A DNA stretch of 63,875 nt from Aplysia californica (taxonomy: Eukaryota): positions 144,676-208,550 of the forward strand of contig NW_004798223.1 of NCBI RefSeq assembly GCF_000002075.1, in the 5' to 3' direction. The position numbers and the translations under genes were made by a program. Of the stretch, positions 22,498-35,384 are shown one piece after another (within the stretch, counting starts at the first letter, position 1; each line of letters starts with the position of its first letter). Under the pieces are notes generated by a model, which had not been told where the DNA came from, ran no database searches, and saw only the letters and a list, made by a program, of their open reading frames with translations.

Positions 22498-24140
22498 CTT
22501 TTTCCTTGATAAGCCAGCATTTTCTGTTTCATCACTTTGACCATGGAATGGTAACAAAGAAGGATGAAGGACAAGAATGCGTGTGTAACCAAGGCTGCAG
22601 GATGCTAAAAGTCATTCCCAGCCACATTTGTTGGGTTTTACAGCCATTTTATGATGTCATACATAACTCATCTTATACCATGTTTACATTTTTTAGCTGA
22701 CCTGTTGCACAATATGACTCTTTGCCAGAACTTTTTCTAAAGGCCTAACATCTTTACTGTATAAAGTTCATTTTAAAACATGTTGAGTTCTTGGCCAAAC
22801 TGTTAAGCAGTAAGACTTTTGTCAGAAGCTGATGATTTTTTAAACATTTGAGTGCAGTGCAGACAAACTCTTCCGCTGCTAATGATTTTTGCTTGGCCAT
22901 GCCAAACAACACACATGGCTGTGATCAGCCTGAAAAAGATATTTCTGCATTAAATTCAATGTGTGTTTGGGCATTTTTGTGCAAAACTGGAGGGATTCAC
23001 TTGTTGCAGATTTCATCTCAGCACTCAGGTGGTTAAAAGTCCAAGTTCCTGGATGTGGCCAAAAAAATGCCAAAAATGGTACCCATGCAGTGAAGGCTTC
23101 GAGTCTTGTCTAAGAGAACCTCAAACATTTCACTTAACGTGGCCCACCTGTTTTCCACCTGTGTGTGAGAATGAAGATATCTGGGCCATCCCATGTTAGA
23201 TGTATCTTTAATTCTCTTGTGGTAATGGAGATAAAAAGTGGGGATCATCATTATGCAATCTTGTCATTATGCAATTATTTTAGGCGGTATGATATTACTT
23301 TTTTCATTAACACTTTACTTTTTGCTTTATGTTCCTACAAACGTAAGAATGTGTAGTGTAATTAAGAAGCAGTGTTGATTCGGAATTGGTAACAGGGTTT
23401 TTCACTGTGCAGCTGAATGAGAAGGAAGTAAAGAATGCGAAAAAGGTACGTCTGAATTTATGAGAGAGATTCATTTTGCTGCCTAGAAGTACAACAGGCA
23501 TAATTCGTCATTTCTTTTGTGTGCATTACAAAAACGTATTCAGAAAATAATTTTATTGTCTGTTTTCCCCTGACAAATGTGGTACATGTATACAATCTGC
23601 TTGTCCAAGAGACAGTTGCACAAGTGTTTGTACTGGCATTGACAACCTGGTGATTAGAAATGGCATTCTATCTTCATGAATTACTGTTTATGATAGATTG
23701 CTCCGTTCACATGCTAAAATGTGTGGGAAAGTTCAAAGAGCAGGGTATAAAAAAATCTTTAGTCTCCTCAAAAGAGAATTTTATTTTTTATTTTTTTTAT
23801 TGAATCAAAAAAATGCAGTGTAAACTGCCATCTCTATGCGTGCCATTGATAACATCTGAGGATATAGACGGTCTGTTGCAAGGTCCTTGGAACTGTTGAT
23901 TTGTTGATGAACACTGTGTTGAATTTATGTGCTGTGCTGTTATAGAATTTTTTTATGCTGTTACCTTAACAATTTTATGTGTTATTTCGAGTTCTTATTA
24001 ATATGAAATTTTTGTTTCTTAAAATTTTGCAAATTGAAAACTTGCACTGCGTTCCATTTAAAAAGCACTGATAGAGCCAGAAATGCCTGCTTGCATTGTT
24101 GAAAAATTTTAAAAAAAACCAACAGCCCATCTTTTGCTTC

Positions 24141-24333
24141 NNNNNNNNNNNNNNNNNNNNNNNNNNNNNNNNNNNNNNNNNNNNNNNNNNNNNNNNNNNN
24201 NNNNNNNNNNNNNNNNNNNNNNNNNNNNNNNNNNNNNNNNNNNNNNNNNNNNNNNNNNNNNNNNNNNNNNNNNNNNNNNNNNNNNNNNNNNNNNNNNNNN
24301 NNNNNNNNNNNNNNNNNNNNNNNNNNNNNNNNN
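24141..24333. other. Assembly gap (others at 32007-32106, 39136-39235, 54257-54388)
   Basis: N runs. Confidence 1.
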
Positions 24334-27300
24334 CATGGACAGAACACGAACTCCCATTACAATTTGATCAAATCTAGAATATTCAAGTGCTTTGCCCAGT
24401 CTACCAGTAATTTTGTGTCTTTTTTCTGTTTGCAATAGTTTGCTATTGTCAATCCTGTGTAGATGTAGTATGATATCATCATTGTCATGTCCAAATCTAC
24501 TGTCTGCAATTTTAATATTCCATATTCAGGTTGCATTAGTGACTTGACTATGCTTCATTTCCCCCAGCAAAAAATTTCTTTCATTCAGCTGCTGCTGCAC
24601 ATTTTCCTTGTACCTGCAGATTCTGAATTTATGGCCTTTTCAGTGAAAAAAACAGTGGGGGTGGGGAGGTGTTGGGTTTAACAAGGATTGTCCTGTTAGA
24701 TGTTCCTATTTGAATACTTCAATGGAAAAACGACTGTAGTCACAAACTGAAAATCGTTAGGGTACCAATTTTGAACACTTGTTGACTCATAACTGTACTT
24801 CTTTTCAACTGTTGGTTGATTATTATTGTTAGATTTCCCATTCAGAACAGTACTACTTAACAATAAAAATCTAATCAAACAAGTATGAAGTTATGCTTCA
24901 ACAAGCTTTTAAACTTGGCGCCCTCACAATTTCCAGTTTGTCACTACAGTCGTTTTTCCCCAGTGCTTTTCATTTAGAATTGGAGATTTGAACGTGACAA
25001 TAATGATATACATTATGATAATGCATACCCCCTACAATTCACATGTACAGGTTTATTGAAGTTTTAAATGTTGCTGTTTACACAAATTTACTGCTGTTAT
25101 ATCCTTTTAATATTTCTTATCAATGAATTTACTTGTGTGTGCCAAATTCATTTATCAATTCTATGATTTCTCAATAAATGCTTTTGCTTGTGTATGTGAT
25201 TGTTTTAGGGTAAACACACTACTTACAAACATACAGTTGCCACAATGGGTCTTTTAGGGAACAAAGCACACTTATAATTGAATGGACAAAAAAGAGATAG
25301 TTTTGTTTAACTTGAAGATGAACTGTTGAACTGTACGTTATGCTGTACTTGTGTTATTTTTTGGGTTATCAGTTATTTCTATCATTGCTGTCTTGATTTG
25401 TTTCCTGGAAAAGGAAAGAAAGTGTTGAGAAATGCTTTTCATGTTTTTGTTGACTTTGATATTGAATCCTCCTTGGCCATATTACCGTATTGCTATCGTC
25501 CATGCTCACTCACGGCTGAGCTGAATCTATCATGTTCATTGTAAGACGGATGTTGGACTACGACGTTAACGGACACTGGACCCTTTGTAGAACGTTCATG
25601 ACAATTTGTTGTAGGAAACCACGTAACCCCATCTGCTTACATTGTTTCTCTTTTTCTTACAAATGATCAATGATTCTTCTGTGGTATCTTCAGTCTTTCT
25701 TATGTCTTGTTGTGTTGTTGCTCCACGATGGTGTTCTGGTGCAGTACTGTTTTGCATGTTCCTTAACGTGGGTGATTGTATATATTTAAATTAGCCCTGT
25801 TTTTGTACAAAAATTAAACTTGTCTTTTTCTTTATGACAATGACTTAACCACAGAAGTCGTAGATATGTTCTTTTGGGTCGTCTCTGTTTATTATGATCA
25901 TGTATACCTACATACCCCTGGTGGGTCATGTTAAGTCAGCCAATAATTACTCATTTAATATATTACCTGTTGTAGGATTACATTGGTAGAGAAATATGAA
26001 CACATGTCTTTTCTTTCTCAGATATCCTTCAAGTTGTCTGCCCTTTTGTTCTCCAATAGTCTAGGAATTGCTGTTGGTTATGATTCAGAACCAATAAAAT
26101 TCAAAGACTAATAGGATCAATTTACTGTTGTTTTAGAGCAGGGGTGTCAAAATCAATCGCACTCGGGGGCAAACTCAAATTTTACACTTAAGGTTGCGGG
26201 CCGACCTGGACAAACATTCATTGAGCTGCGGAAAACTAAACCTTTTTTTAAAACAATAATATGGATTAAAGTCATAATAATAACAAATCGAGGCATACCA
26301 ATTTTTCCTCTTATGCCAGTTTGTCAGAGCTAGATGTTTAGCACCTTTTTTTTAGGCAACCAGTTCGCTAAATGTTTGGACCTAAGGATTACCTGTAATG
26401 CTCTTGTTGGTGGGATATAATTGTTTGCCAGGCCGGATGCTGCCCCTTGGGCGAGTTTGACACTTATGTTTCAGAGGATATTCAATTAAAGCTTCAGCTT
26501 TTGTCCTGACTACATGTCCAGAAGTTGCTCAAAGTATTAACCCATTATCTCTGAGTGGCCGATAGCACAGGCCAGTGAGGTGGTCATGTTTGGATGAGTG
26601 GCTTGTGCCACCGACCGATAAGAGCGCGATAGTTTACTTCCAAATAATATCAGTACATTCATAGTATGACTAGTATTCTGTACATAGATGTTAGATTTTT
26701 CTCTAGGGGGAGGGGGGGGGGGGGGTCTGTTCAATTGATTGGTTGATAGTTTAACTTAAAAAAAGAAGTTTTTCAATCAGGCATTGTTTCAGTTTATGGA
26801 TGTATGTTAATGATTTCCAAGCTCAGCTGATTGCACAAAGATGGCTGTAACTTTGCCAACAATTATCTTTTTACCATGAAAATTGACATGCACTTTCAGA
26901 AGTGGATGTAGATTGACTGAATTAAATATTTTAGAAATAATTCTATTGCAATTTATATTTTTACTTTGCTGGTGATTCGCAGATTTGACTTCTTTTTTTT
27001 TTTTGCACTGTTTGCTTTTGGTCCGGTTTGTACTATTTCCATGAATTACAATTTGATTGATATTTTGGCTCAGCAGTTTACTTAGTCTGATTCTACATTC
27101 ATTTCCCTTTCTAATGAGGTATAAAACGCTGGTGTTGCTTAATTTGGGGACAAAATTTATAGCCCACTGTGTAAATGGCCCTGTGTTCCATTTTGACTGA
27201 CCAGAATTAAATTCCGTCCAAGCGCGGAAAAAACATTCGGAGACAAAGGGTTAAATGAAATGTCTCAATGATTAATTCCATTGTATGTCCATTGGCAAGA

Positions 27301-27877
27301 TAGAAAATTAGTTTTTTTCTACTTCGCTAGTCTAAGATTCCTCTCAAACTGCAGGGTGGATCAGACTTTGTGCTCTCTCCCTTCAAATATTTGTAAATAT
27401 CTTTAATTTTTTGTTTTAAAAAAATACAATTGACATTTTATGTCATCTTTTACTTCCCCTTCCCCTTCCTCTTTGACTTTCAATTGTAAATAGCTTCTGA
27501 AATTGACAGTGGGAAAAGATGAGTACCATTTATCAGCTTCCTTGTCTGTACAGACAGAGTATAGTTTGATGCGCTAAATGGGAGAAAATTGTGAAAGTGA
27601 TGTCACTCTCACAGTCAGCTCTGCCCATCCCGTGACTACGCATTGTCAGTCTCTGAGGTTGGTTGTTGCAAGGCAGCTGTCAGATTGAATAATAATAATC
27701 TACTTTTTATTTCAGGGTACAGAAAGTGGGCCGTTGGCGGGTGCTCTGGTGTGGTTTGCTCCTTCTTTCCTATCAAACATCTATCGTCCTTATCTCCCCT
27801 TCTTCTTTTTTATGTTCTGTTTTGTTTTAGTAGAGGTTTTATGGTGCTCGCAACTGCATAAGGTCATATGAGCGCCA
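24334..27877 (+). repeat. 3.5-kb near-identical duplication, copy 1
   Basis: Matches 39350-42888 with a few SNPs/indels. Confidence 0.95.
26139..26468. mobile_element. hAT (Charlie-like) MITE; duplicate at 41158-41487
   Basis: CAGGGGTGTCAAA / TTTGACACTTATG TIRs, 8-bp TSD TTTTAGAG/TTTCAGAG. Confidence 0.75.
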
Positions 27878-28200
27878 AGGGGTGGACGTCAACAGAGAAG
27901 GCCTTACAAGGAATCAGACTTACTCTGCTCACATCTTTAACTTCAGCAGCACAAAGTCTGCTTTGACTATCAAGGCACCCCGCAAATAGCGGGTCACAAG
28001 AGAGTGACAAACATGCAAAAGAAGTAGAAGAAACATGACGATAGTAAGGATTAGGAAAGAAAAAGCAGCAGTTCCCTGTTGTAGTTCAGGCACAGTTATG
28101 AGCATGACATTGTTGGATCAGCCCATTTACAATTCTACTGTGCATTAGAACGAGAAATGTCCCCCCTTTCGGAATGGCCTTCAGTCAGTGGCACGGCCCA
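27830..28200 (-). mobile_element. Short retroposon family B (second copy 62752-63130 +), nested in a family A copy (27728-28318, TSD AGGGTACAGAAAGT)
   Basis: About 370-bp homology between the two copies; same 3' tail as family A. Confidence 0.75.
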
Positions 28201-29389
28201 GGGTTTTATTTGGGTTTTTTTAATGTATGTTACTCCCTTGTAACACTTCTACTCTTCTGGCGCTCATATGACCTTATGCAGTTGCGAACACCGTAAAACC
28301 TCTACTAAAACAAACAAAAGGGTACAGAAAGTTTCAGCTTTTCGAAGCAGAAAAAAACAAACCCCCAACTAAATACTAAATGGGCAGGAAGAAAATTTGG
28401 ACCAATTTGTGTAAAATATAATTGATTGAAATACAGTAAGAAAATTTACTGATTGGAATTATGTAAGGAAATGACACTGTGCGGTGCTGTACATAGGTCC
28501 TCGTTTAAAAAAAATTATGTTTCTATGAAGAGTGTGGCCCTTGTAGACATAGATATAGGTGTTTGGCGGGTTCTCTGGTGTGGTTTGTTCCTTCTTTCCT
28601 ATCGAACATTTATCTTCCTTTTCTCTCCTCCTTTTTTTGTGTTCGTTACTTTCTTGTAACACCTCTATTCTTAGGCATGTATATGGCCTTATTGTGTTGC
28701 AAGTGCCGTTCTTACTTAAATTAAAGTAGACATAGAATATACTTGAATTAAATTATTCTTTTTCAAGGTATAACAGAATAATATCAAATTACCCGAAATT
28801 ATTCCAACAGGACAGATGTTCAGGTATGCAGGGCTACAGTCTCTTAGAATAGAGTTTGCTATTATTAGCTTATTTACTTGTGCAGCATATGACTGGTGTT
28901 GGCAATGTGGTTCAAACTCATTTCTGACCTTTCTGAAAGTTGTTTTTGAGGAGTTTGACGCCATTATTGAAGATGGAATTGTGTGACGAATCCCGACCAT
29001 TTTATTTTAATATATCTAAATGACTGTTTTTAAATTCTGCCTATTCTGTTTTAGATGGTAAAAATTTATCAGCAAAAATTTAATAATGGAAAGTAGGGGG
29101 GGGGGGGGGGGGTATTCTTTTTCTTTAAAAAATTTTCTATCATTATCAGCCCTGTTGTCAGATTCGTGATATTATACTTACAATATTTATAATGTGCTTG
29201 TTCACTTTAGGCTTCCATTAGCTGATCATGATGGCACTATAGGCTTTCTTGCTTGTTTGCTTACTGTTGGAATCATATTACTTCTTATCATTCATAATAT
29301 AAAATTCAATATATATATACAAGGAAATAAATCTAGCTATGCATGTCAGTGTTGTTTTTGTTGATGTGTCGTGTATTATTTTACGAATG

Positions 29390-29712
29390 ATGATGATAAT
29401 ACAAATGCATTTACATAGCGCATATCTACGCTCTACGGCGTGCTCTATGATTTACAAATATTACTACCCCAGCAAACTTCAGAGCCCTCGGATACATTCT
29501 TGGTTTCCTGGGAAACATGACAGTGCAAACTGCGGATCGCAGGCGCTCAAACACCAACGAACTGATAAAAATCGTTTGTTATCTACCGACGGATGCCCAT
29601 TCTTACCTGGTGAGGAAAATTAGTATCGAGTAAAATGCCTTTCCCAAGGACACAATGTCGGGCCTTGACGGGATCCGAAACTATGACCTTACGGTTGCGA
29701 GTTTGAGAGCCT
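29390..29712 (-). mobile_element. CORE-type SINE (duplicate 32382-32704)
   Basis: Reverse complement of TGTGTCCTTGGGAAAGGCA core and GCGCTATGTAAATGCA tail. Confidence 0.65.
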
Positions 29713-30816
29713 ATCATCTCAAAAAATATATCGGTAGTACACATTCTTTATACAGTACAGTACAGTCAAACTCGGATATAACAGGACAGACGGCACCGGC
29801 AGTTTTTCTCTGTTATAAGCGAGTCCTGTTATAACCGTTATCAAGGGATACAACCAGTACCATTGCATCTTCAGCTTACTATATTATATTGCGGGGTATG
29901 TGTTTGAAAGTTTGTGCCTAGGCAAGCGATCATACAAACAGGCGAAAAGTCTTGGTTGAGACAAATTTTAATAATTTGACGGATCGAAAGCAAGTTCATG
30001 TGCTGCAAGATCACTGTTATATCTGAGTCTGCGCAGATTGAACCCATTCATATTACTTACACTTATAGAGAAAAAAAATGAGGATTTGATTTATCACTGT
30101 TATCAAGTTCCTCTGTAATAACAGGCTGATACAAATGGACTGGGCTGTAATATTAATATTATAACGTGCTTTCGTGTGAAAAGGTACTTTCTGGGCCCAG
30201 AGTTGCTGCAGGGAACATATTTTGTACAGCGGGCCCGGCCTATAACAGGACTGCCAGAACTGACATGATTTTAATTCATCCTATAGCCAAATCCTGTTGT
30301 CGGATGAAGTTTACATACATTCATTGTTCATTGTTTCAGGAAGCAACATCCCTGCACTCCGGACATGTCCATTGATGCTCCGTTGCTCTCTCCAAAATGT
30401 CGCCGAGGGTCTTTCCTCTGACTGTGCCAGTGCATATCTAGATGAACGTTCTTCTGTTCTTTCCTGCAAGGATGCCAGATTTTCCGCTTCCTTTTTGTAT
30501 TCCCAAAAGTTTACATACACTTCGACCAAGGACGAATGAGATCGTTTTTATCACATACATGTACTAAAATAGGTTATCAAGAACTGATATATATATATCG
30601 GCTATTGCCCCTTGTTTTCAAGTGATATCATTTTTTAAATCTTCATAATACATGTACATGTATCTTTATCTGCTTTATTTTTATTCTATCTAGTGTCTGT
30701 AAACGTCTCCCCATCGTAGTTATCAAACCGAAGTTGCACACAGAAGACCCGAGATTGATTCCCAAGTGGGGTGAAGGTTTTTTAAATTTTATTTTATCTC
30801 GTCTTGGAACATTGTA

Positions 30817-31635
30817 CAGTGGAAACCATATATAACAGGCCCGGTAATAACAGGGATCCGGTAATAACAGAGGGATTTTTTAAATCCCCGTTTTTTCCTA
30901 CTCTTTGTCTATATTAAAAGTTACCGGCAATAACAGGGCCTCATTGGAGACCAACCGGTTATAGCAGGGACAAAGGCTCGTTGACAATGTGTAAAAAGTA
31001 AGAGGAGAGAGAGAGAGAGAGAGAGAGTAACGCAATGATGGAGCAAGCCCACGCAAGCCATGCCACTGCAAGCACACGCAGCGTGTGAAGCGAGAGAGGG
31101 CTGCGGTGTGCTGCAGACCTCGATCTAGCCCGAAACCTAGCAACACGCGACACGCACGACTAATGTGTCACCAACGATGTCAAGCGCAAGAGAAAATGCC
31201 TTTTAATTGACAAATAATACGAAATAACCCAGGCTGTTAACAAAAAGCAAGCTCCTCTGGCAGAGATCTGTCGTCAGTTCGAAATTCCACACAAGGGTCG
31301 ATTCACACCCCATTACTTACCATTATCAAGGATAGAGAGAAGATAGTGGCAGCATACTCCAATGCAAAGTTTGCTCTGGATCGAAAGAAGATGAGACTAC
31401 TCGATGCAGATGCTATGGACCAAGCTCATCTGATGTGGTTTAAGTAGGCAAGGAGGGAGTTGGTGCCAAAACCCCTGATTGTGGGTACTTGTGGCAGGGG
31501 AAACTACCCATGAATAAGTACAGCTGGATTAGTCCACAATTGCTTACTTTCCTTGCATTTCTGATTTAACAGGGATCGGATATAACAGGACATTTTCTCT
31601 ACTCCCACTATCCCTGTTATATCAGGTTTCCACTG
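30817..31635 (+). mobile_element. Internally deleted Tigger/pogo element (duplicate 33809-34611)
   Basis: TA-CAGTGGAAACC...GGTTTCCACTG-TA; relic N-terminal transposase KRKCL..EICRQFEIP..IIKDREKI..RKKMR..WFK; empty site at about 35223. Confidence 0.88.
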
Positions 31636-34600
31636 TATCCCTCTCAGCCAGTTCAGCCCGGATTGGCCTTGACAGGCAGGATCGAAGCCCGCCTCCTCAG
31701 TGGTGATCTAAATTGTGTCTGTGGGGGCATTCATTGTTCATTGTTTCAGGAAGCAACATCCCTGCACTCTGGACATGTCCATTGATGCTCCGTTGCTCTC
31801 TCCAAAATGTCGCAGAGGGTCTTTCCTCTGTCTGTGCCAGTGCATATCTAGATGAACGTTCTTCTGTTCTTTCCTGCAAGGATGCCAGATTTTCCGCTTC
31901 CTTAATGTATTCCAAAAGTTTACATACACTTCGACCAAGGACGAATGAGATCGTTTTTATCACATACATGAACTAAAATAGGTTATCAAGAAGTGATATA
32001 TATATANNNNNNNNNNNNNNNNNNNNNNNNNNNNNNNNNNNNNNNNNNNNNNNNNNNNNNNNNNNNNNNNNNNNNNNNNNNNNNNNNNNNNNNNNNNNNN
32101 NNNNNNTTCTTTTTCTTTAAAAAATTTTCTATCATTATCAGCCCTGTTGTCAGATTCGTGATATTATACTTACAATATTTATAATGTGCTTGTTCACTTT
32201 AGGCTTCCATTAGCTGATCATGATGGCACTATAGGCTTTCTTGCTTGTTTGCTTACTGTTGGAATCATATTACTTCTTATCATTCATAATATAAAATTCA
32301 ATATATATATACAAGGAAATAAATCTAGCTATGCATGTCAGTGTTGTTTTTGTTGATGTGTCGTGTATTATTTTACGAATGATGATGATAATACAAATGC
32401 ATTTACATAGCGCATATCTACGCTCTACGGCGTGCTCTATGATTTACAAATATTACTACCCCAGCAAACTTCAGAGCCCTCGGATACATTCTTGGTTTCC
32501 TGGGAAACATGACAGTGCAAACTGCGGATCGCAGGCGCTCAAACACCAACGAACTGATAAAAATCGTTTGTTATCTACCGACGGATGCCCATTCTTACCT
32601 GGTGAGGAAAATTAGTATCGAGTAAAATGCCTTTCCCAAGGACACAATGTCGGGCCTTGACGGGATCCGAAACTATGACCTTACGGTTGCGAGTTTGAGA
32701 GCCTATCATCTCAAAAAATATATCGGTAGTACACATTCTTTATACAGTACAGTACAGTCAAACTCGGATATAACAGGACAGACGGCACCGGCAGTTTTTC
32801 TCTGTTATAAGCGAGTCCTGTTATAACCGTTATCAAGGGATACAACCAGTACCATTGCATCTTCAGCTTACTATATTATATTGCGGGGTATGTGTTTGAA
32901 AGTTTGTGCCTAGGCAAGCGATCATACAAACAGGCGAAAAGTCTTGGTTGAGACAAATTTTAATAATTTGACGGATCGAAAGCAAGTTCATGTGCTGCAA
33001 GATCACTGTTATATCTGAGTCTGCGCAGATTGAACCCATTCATATTACTTACACTTATAGAGAAAAAAAATGAGGATTTGATTTATCACTGTTATCAAGT
33101 TCCTCTGTAATAACAGGCTGATACAAATGGACTGGGCTGTAATATTAATATTATAACGTGCTTTCGTGTGAAAAGGTACTTTCTGGGCCCAGAGTTGCTG
33201 CAGGGAACATATTTTGTACAGCGGGCCCGGCCTATAACAGGACTGCCAGAACTGACATGATTTTAATTCATCCTATAGCCAAATCCTGTTGTCGGATGAA
33301 GTTTACATACATTCATTGTTCATTGTTTCAGGAAGCAACATCCCTGCACTCCGGACATGTCCATTGATGCTCCGTTGCTCTCTCCAAAATGTCGCCGAGG
33401 GTCTTTCCTCTGACTGTGCCAGTGCATATCTAGATGAACGTTCTTCTGTTCTTTCCTGCAAGGATGCCAGATTTTCCGCTTCCTTTTTGTATTCCCAAAA
33501 GTTTACATACACTTCGACCAAGGACGAATGAGATCGTTTTTATCACATACATGTACTAAAATAGGTTATCAAGAACTGATATATATATATCGGCTATTGC
33601 CCCTTGTTTTCAAGTGATATCATTTTTTAAATCTTCATAATACATGTACATGTATCTTTATCTGCTTTATTTTTATTCTATCTAGTGTCTGTAAACGTCT
33701 CCCCATCGTAGTTATCAAACCGAAGTTGCACACAGAAGACCCGAGATTGATTCCCAAGTGGGGTGAAGGTTTTTTAAATTTTATTTTATCTCGTCTTGGA
33801 ACATTGTACAGTGGAAACCATATATAACAGGCCCGGTAATAACAGGGATCCGGTAATAACGGATTTTTTAAATCCCCGTTTTTTCCTACTCTTTGTCTAT
33901 ATTAAAAGTTACCGGCAATAACAGGGCCTCATTGGAGACCAACCGGTTATAGCAGGGACAAAGGCTCGTTGACAATGTGTAAAAAGTAAGAGGAGAGAGA
34001 GAGAGAGAGAGAGAGTAACGCAATGATGGAGCAAGCCCACGCAAGCCATGCCACTGCAAGCACACGCAGCGTGTGAAGCGAGAGAGGGCTGCGGTGTGCT
34101 GCAGACCTCGATCTAGCCCGAAACCTAGCAACACGCGACACGCACGACTAATGTGTCACCAACGATGTCAAGCGCAAGAGAAAATGCCTTTTAATTGACA
34201 AATAATACGAAATAACCCAGGCTGTTAACAAAAAGCAAGCTCCTCTGGCAGAGATCTGTCGTCAGTTCGAAATTCCACACAAGGGTCGATTCACAACATT
34301 ATCAAGGATAGAGAGAAGATAGTGGCAGCATACTCCAATGCAAAGTTTGCTCTGGATCGAAAGAAGATGAGACTACTCGATGCAGATGCTATGGACCAAG
34401 CTCATCTGATGTGGTTTAAGTAGGCAAGGAGGGAGTTGGTGCCAAAACCCCTGATTGTGGGTACTTGTGGCAGGGGAAACTACCCATGAATAAGTACAGC
34501 TGGATTAGTCCACAATTGCTTACTTTCCTTGCATTTCTGATTTAACAGGGATCGGATATAACAGGACATTTTCTCTACTCCCACTATCCCTGTTATATCA

Positions 34601-35384
34601 GGTTTCCACTGTATCCCTCTCAGCCAGTTCAGCCCGGATTGGCCTTGACAGGCAGGATCGAAGCCCGCCTCCTCAGTGGTGATCTAAATTGTGTCTGTGG
34701 GGGCATTCATTGTTCATTGTTTCAGGAAGCAACATCCCTGCACTCTGGACATGTCCATTGATGCTCCGTTGCTCTCTCCAAAATGTCGCAGAGGGTCTTT
34801 CCTCTGTCTGTGCCAGTGCATATCTAGATGAACGTTCTTCTGTTCTTTCCTGCAAGGATGCCAGATTTTCCGCTTCCTTAATGTATTCCAAAAGTTTACA
34901 TACACTTCGACCAAGGACGAATGAGATCGTTTTTATCACATACATGAACTAAAATAGGTTATCAAGAAGTGATATATATATATATATATATCGGCTATTG
35001 CCCCTTGTTTTCAAGTGATATCATTTTTTAAATCTTCATAATATTAATACATGTACATGTATCTTTATCTGCTTTACTTTTATTCTATCTAGTGTCTGTA
35101 AACGTCTCCCCATCGTAGTTACTTTATGAAACCGAAGTTGCACACAGAAGACCCGAGATTGATTCCCGAGTGGGGTGAAGGTTTTTTAAAATAATTTTTT
35201 TATATCTTGTCTTGGAACGTTGTATCCTTCTCAGCCAGTTCAGCCCGGATTGGCCTTGACAGGCAGGATCGAAGCCCACCTCGTCAGTGGTGATCTAAAT
35301 TGTGTCTTTGGGGGCATAAAAACTCCTACTTTTACTAAAATGAAATTTAAAAAACACAACCACAAAGAAAGCTAAGCCCTACAT

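Larger units (their letters stand above)
29115..34982 (+). repeat. 2.9-kb tandem duplication across a 100-N gap (29115-32006 / 32107-34982)
   Basis: Near-identical; differs by a 4-bp and a 12-bp indel. Confidence 0.95.
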
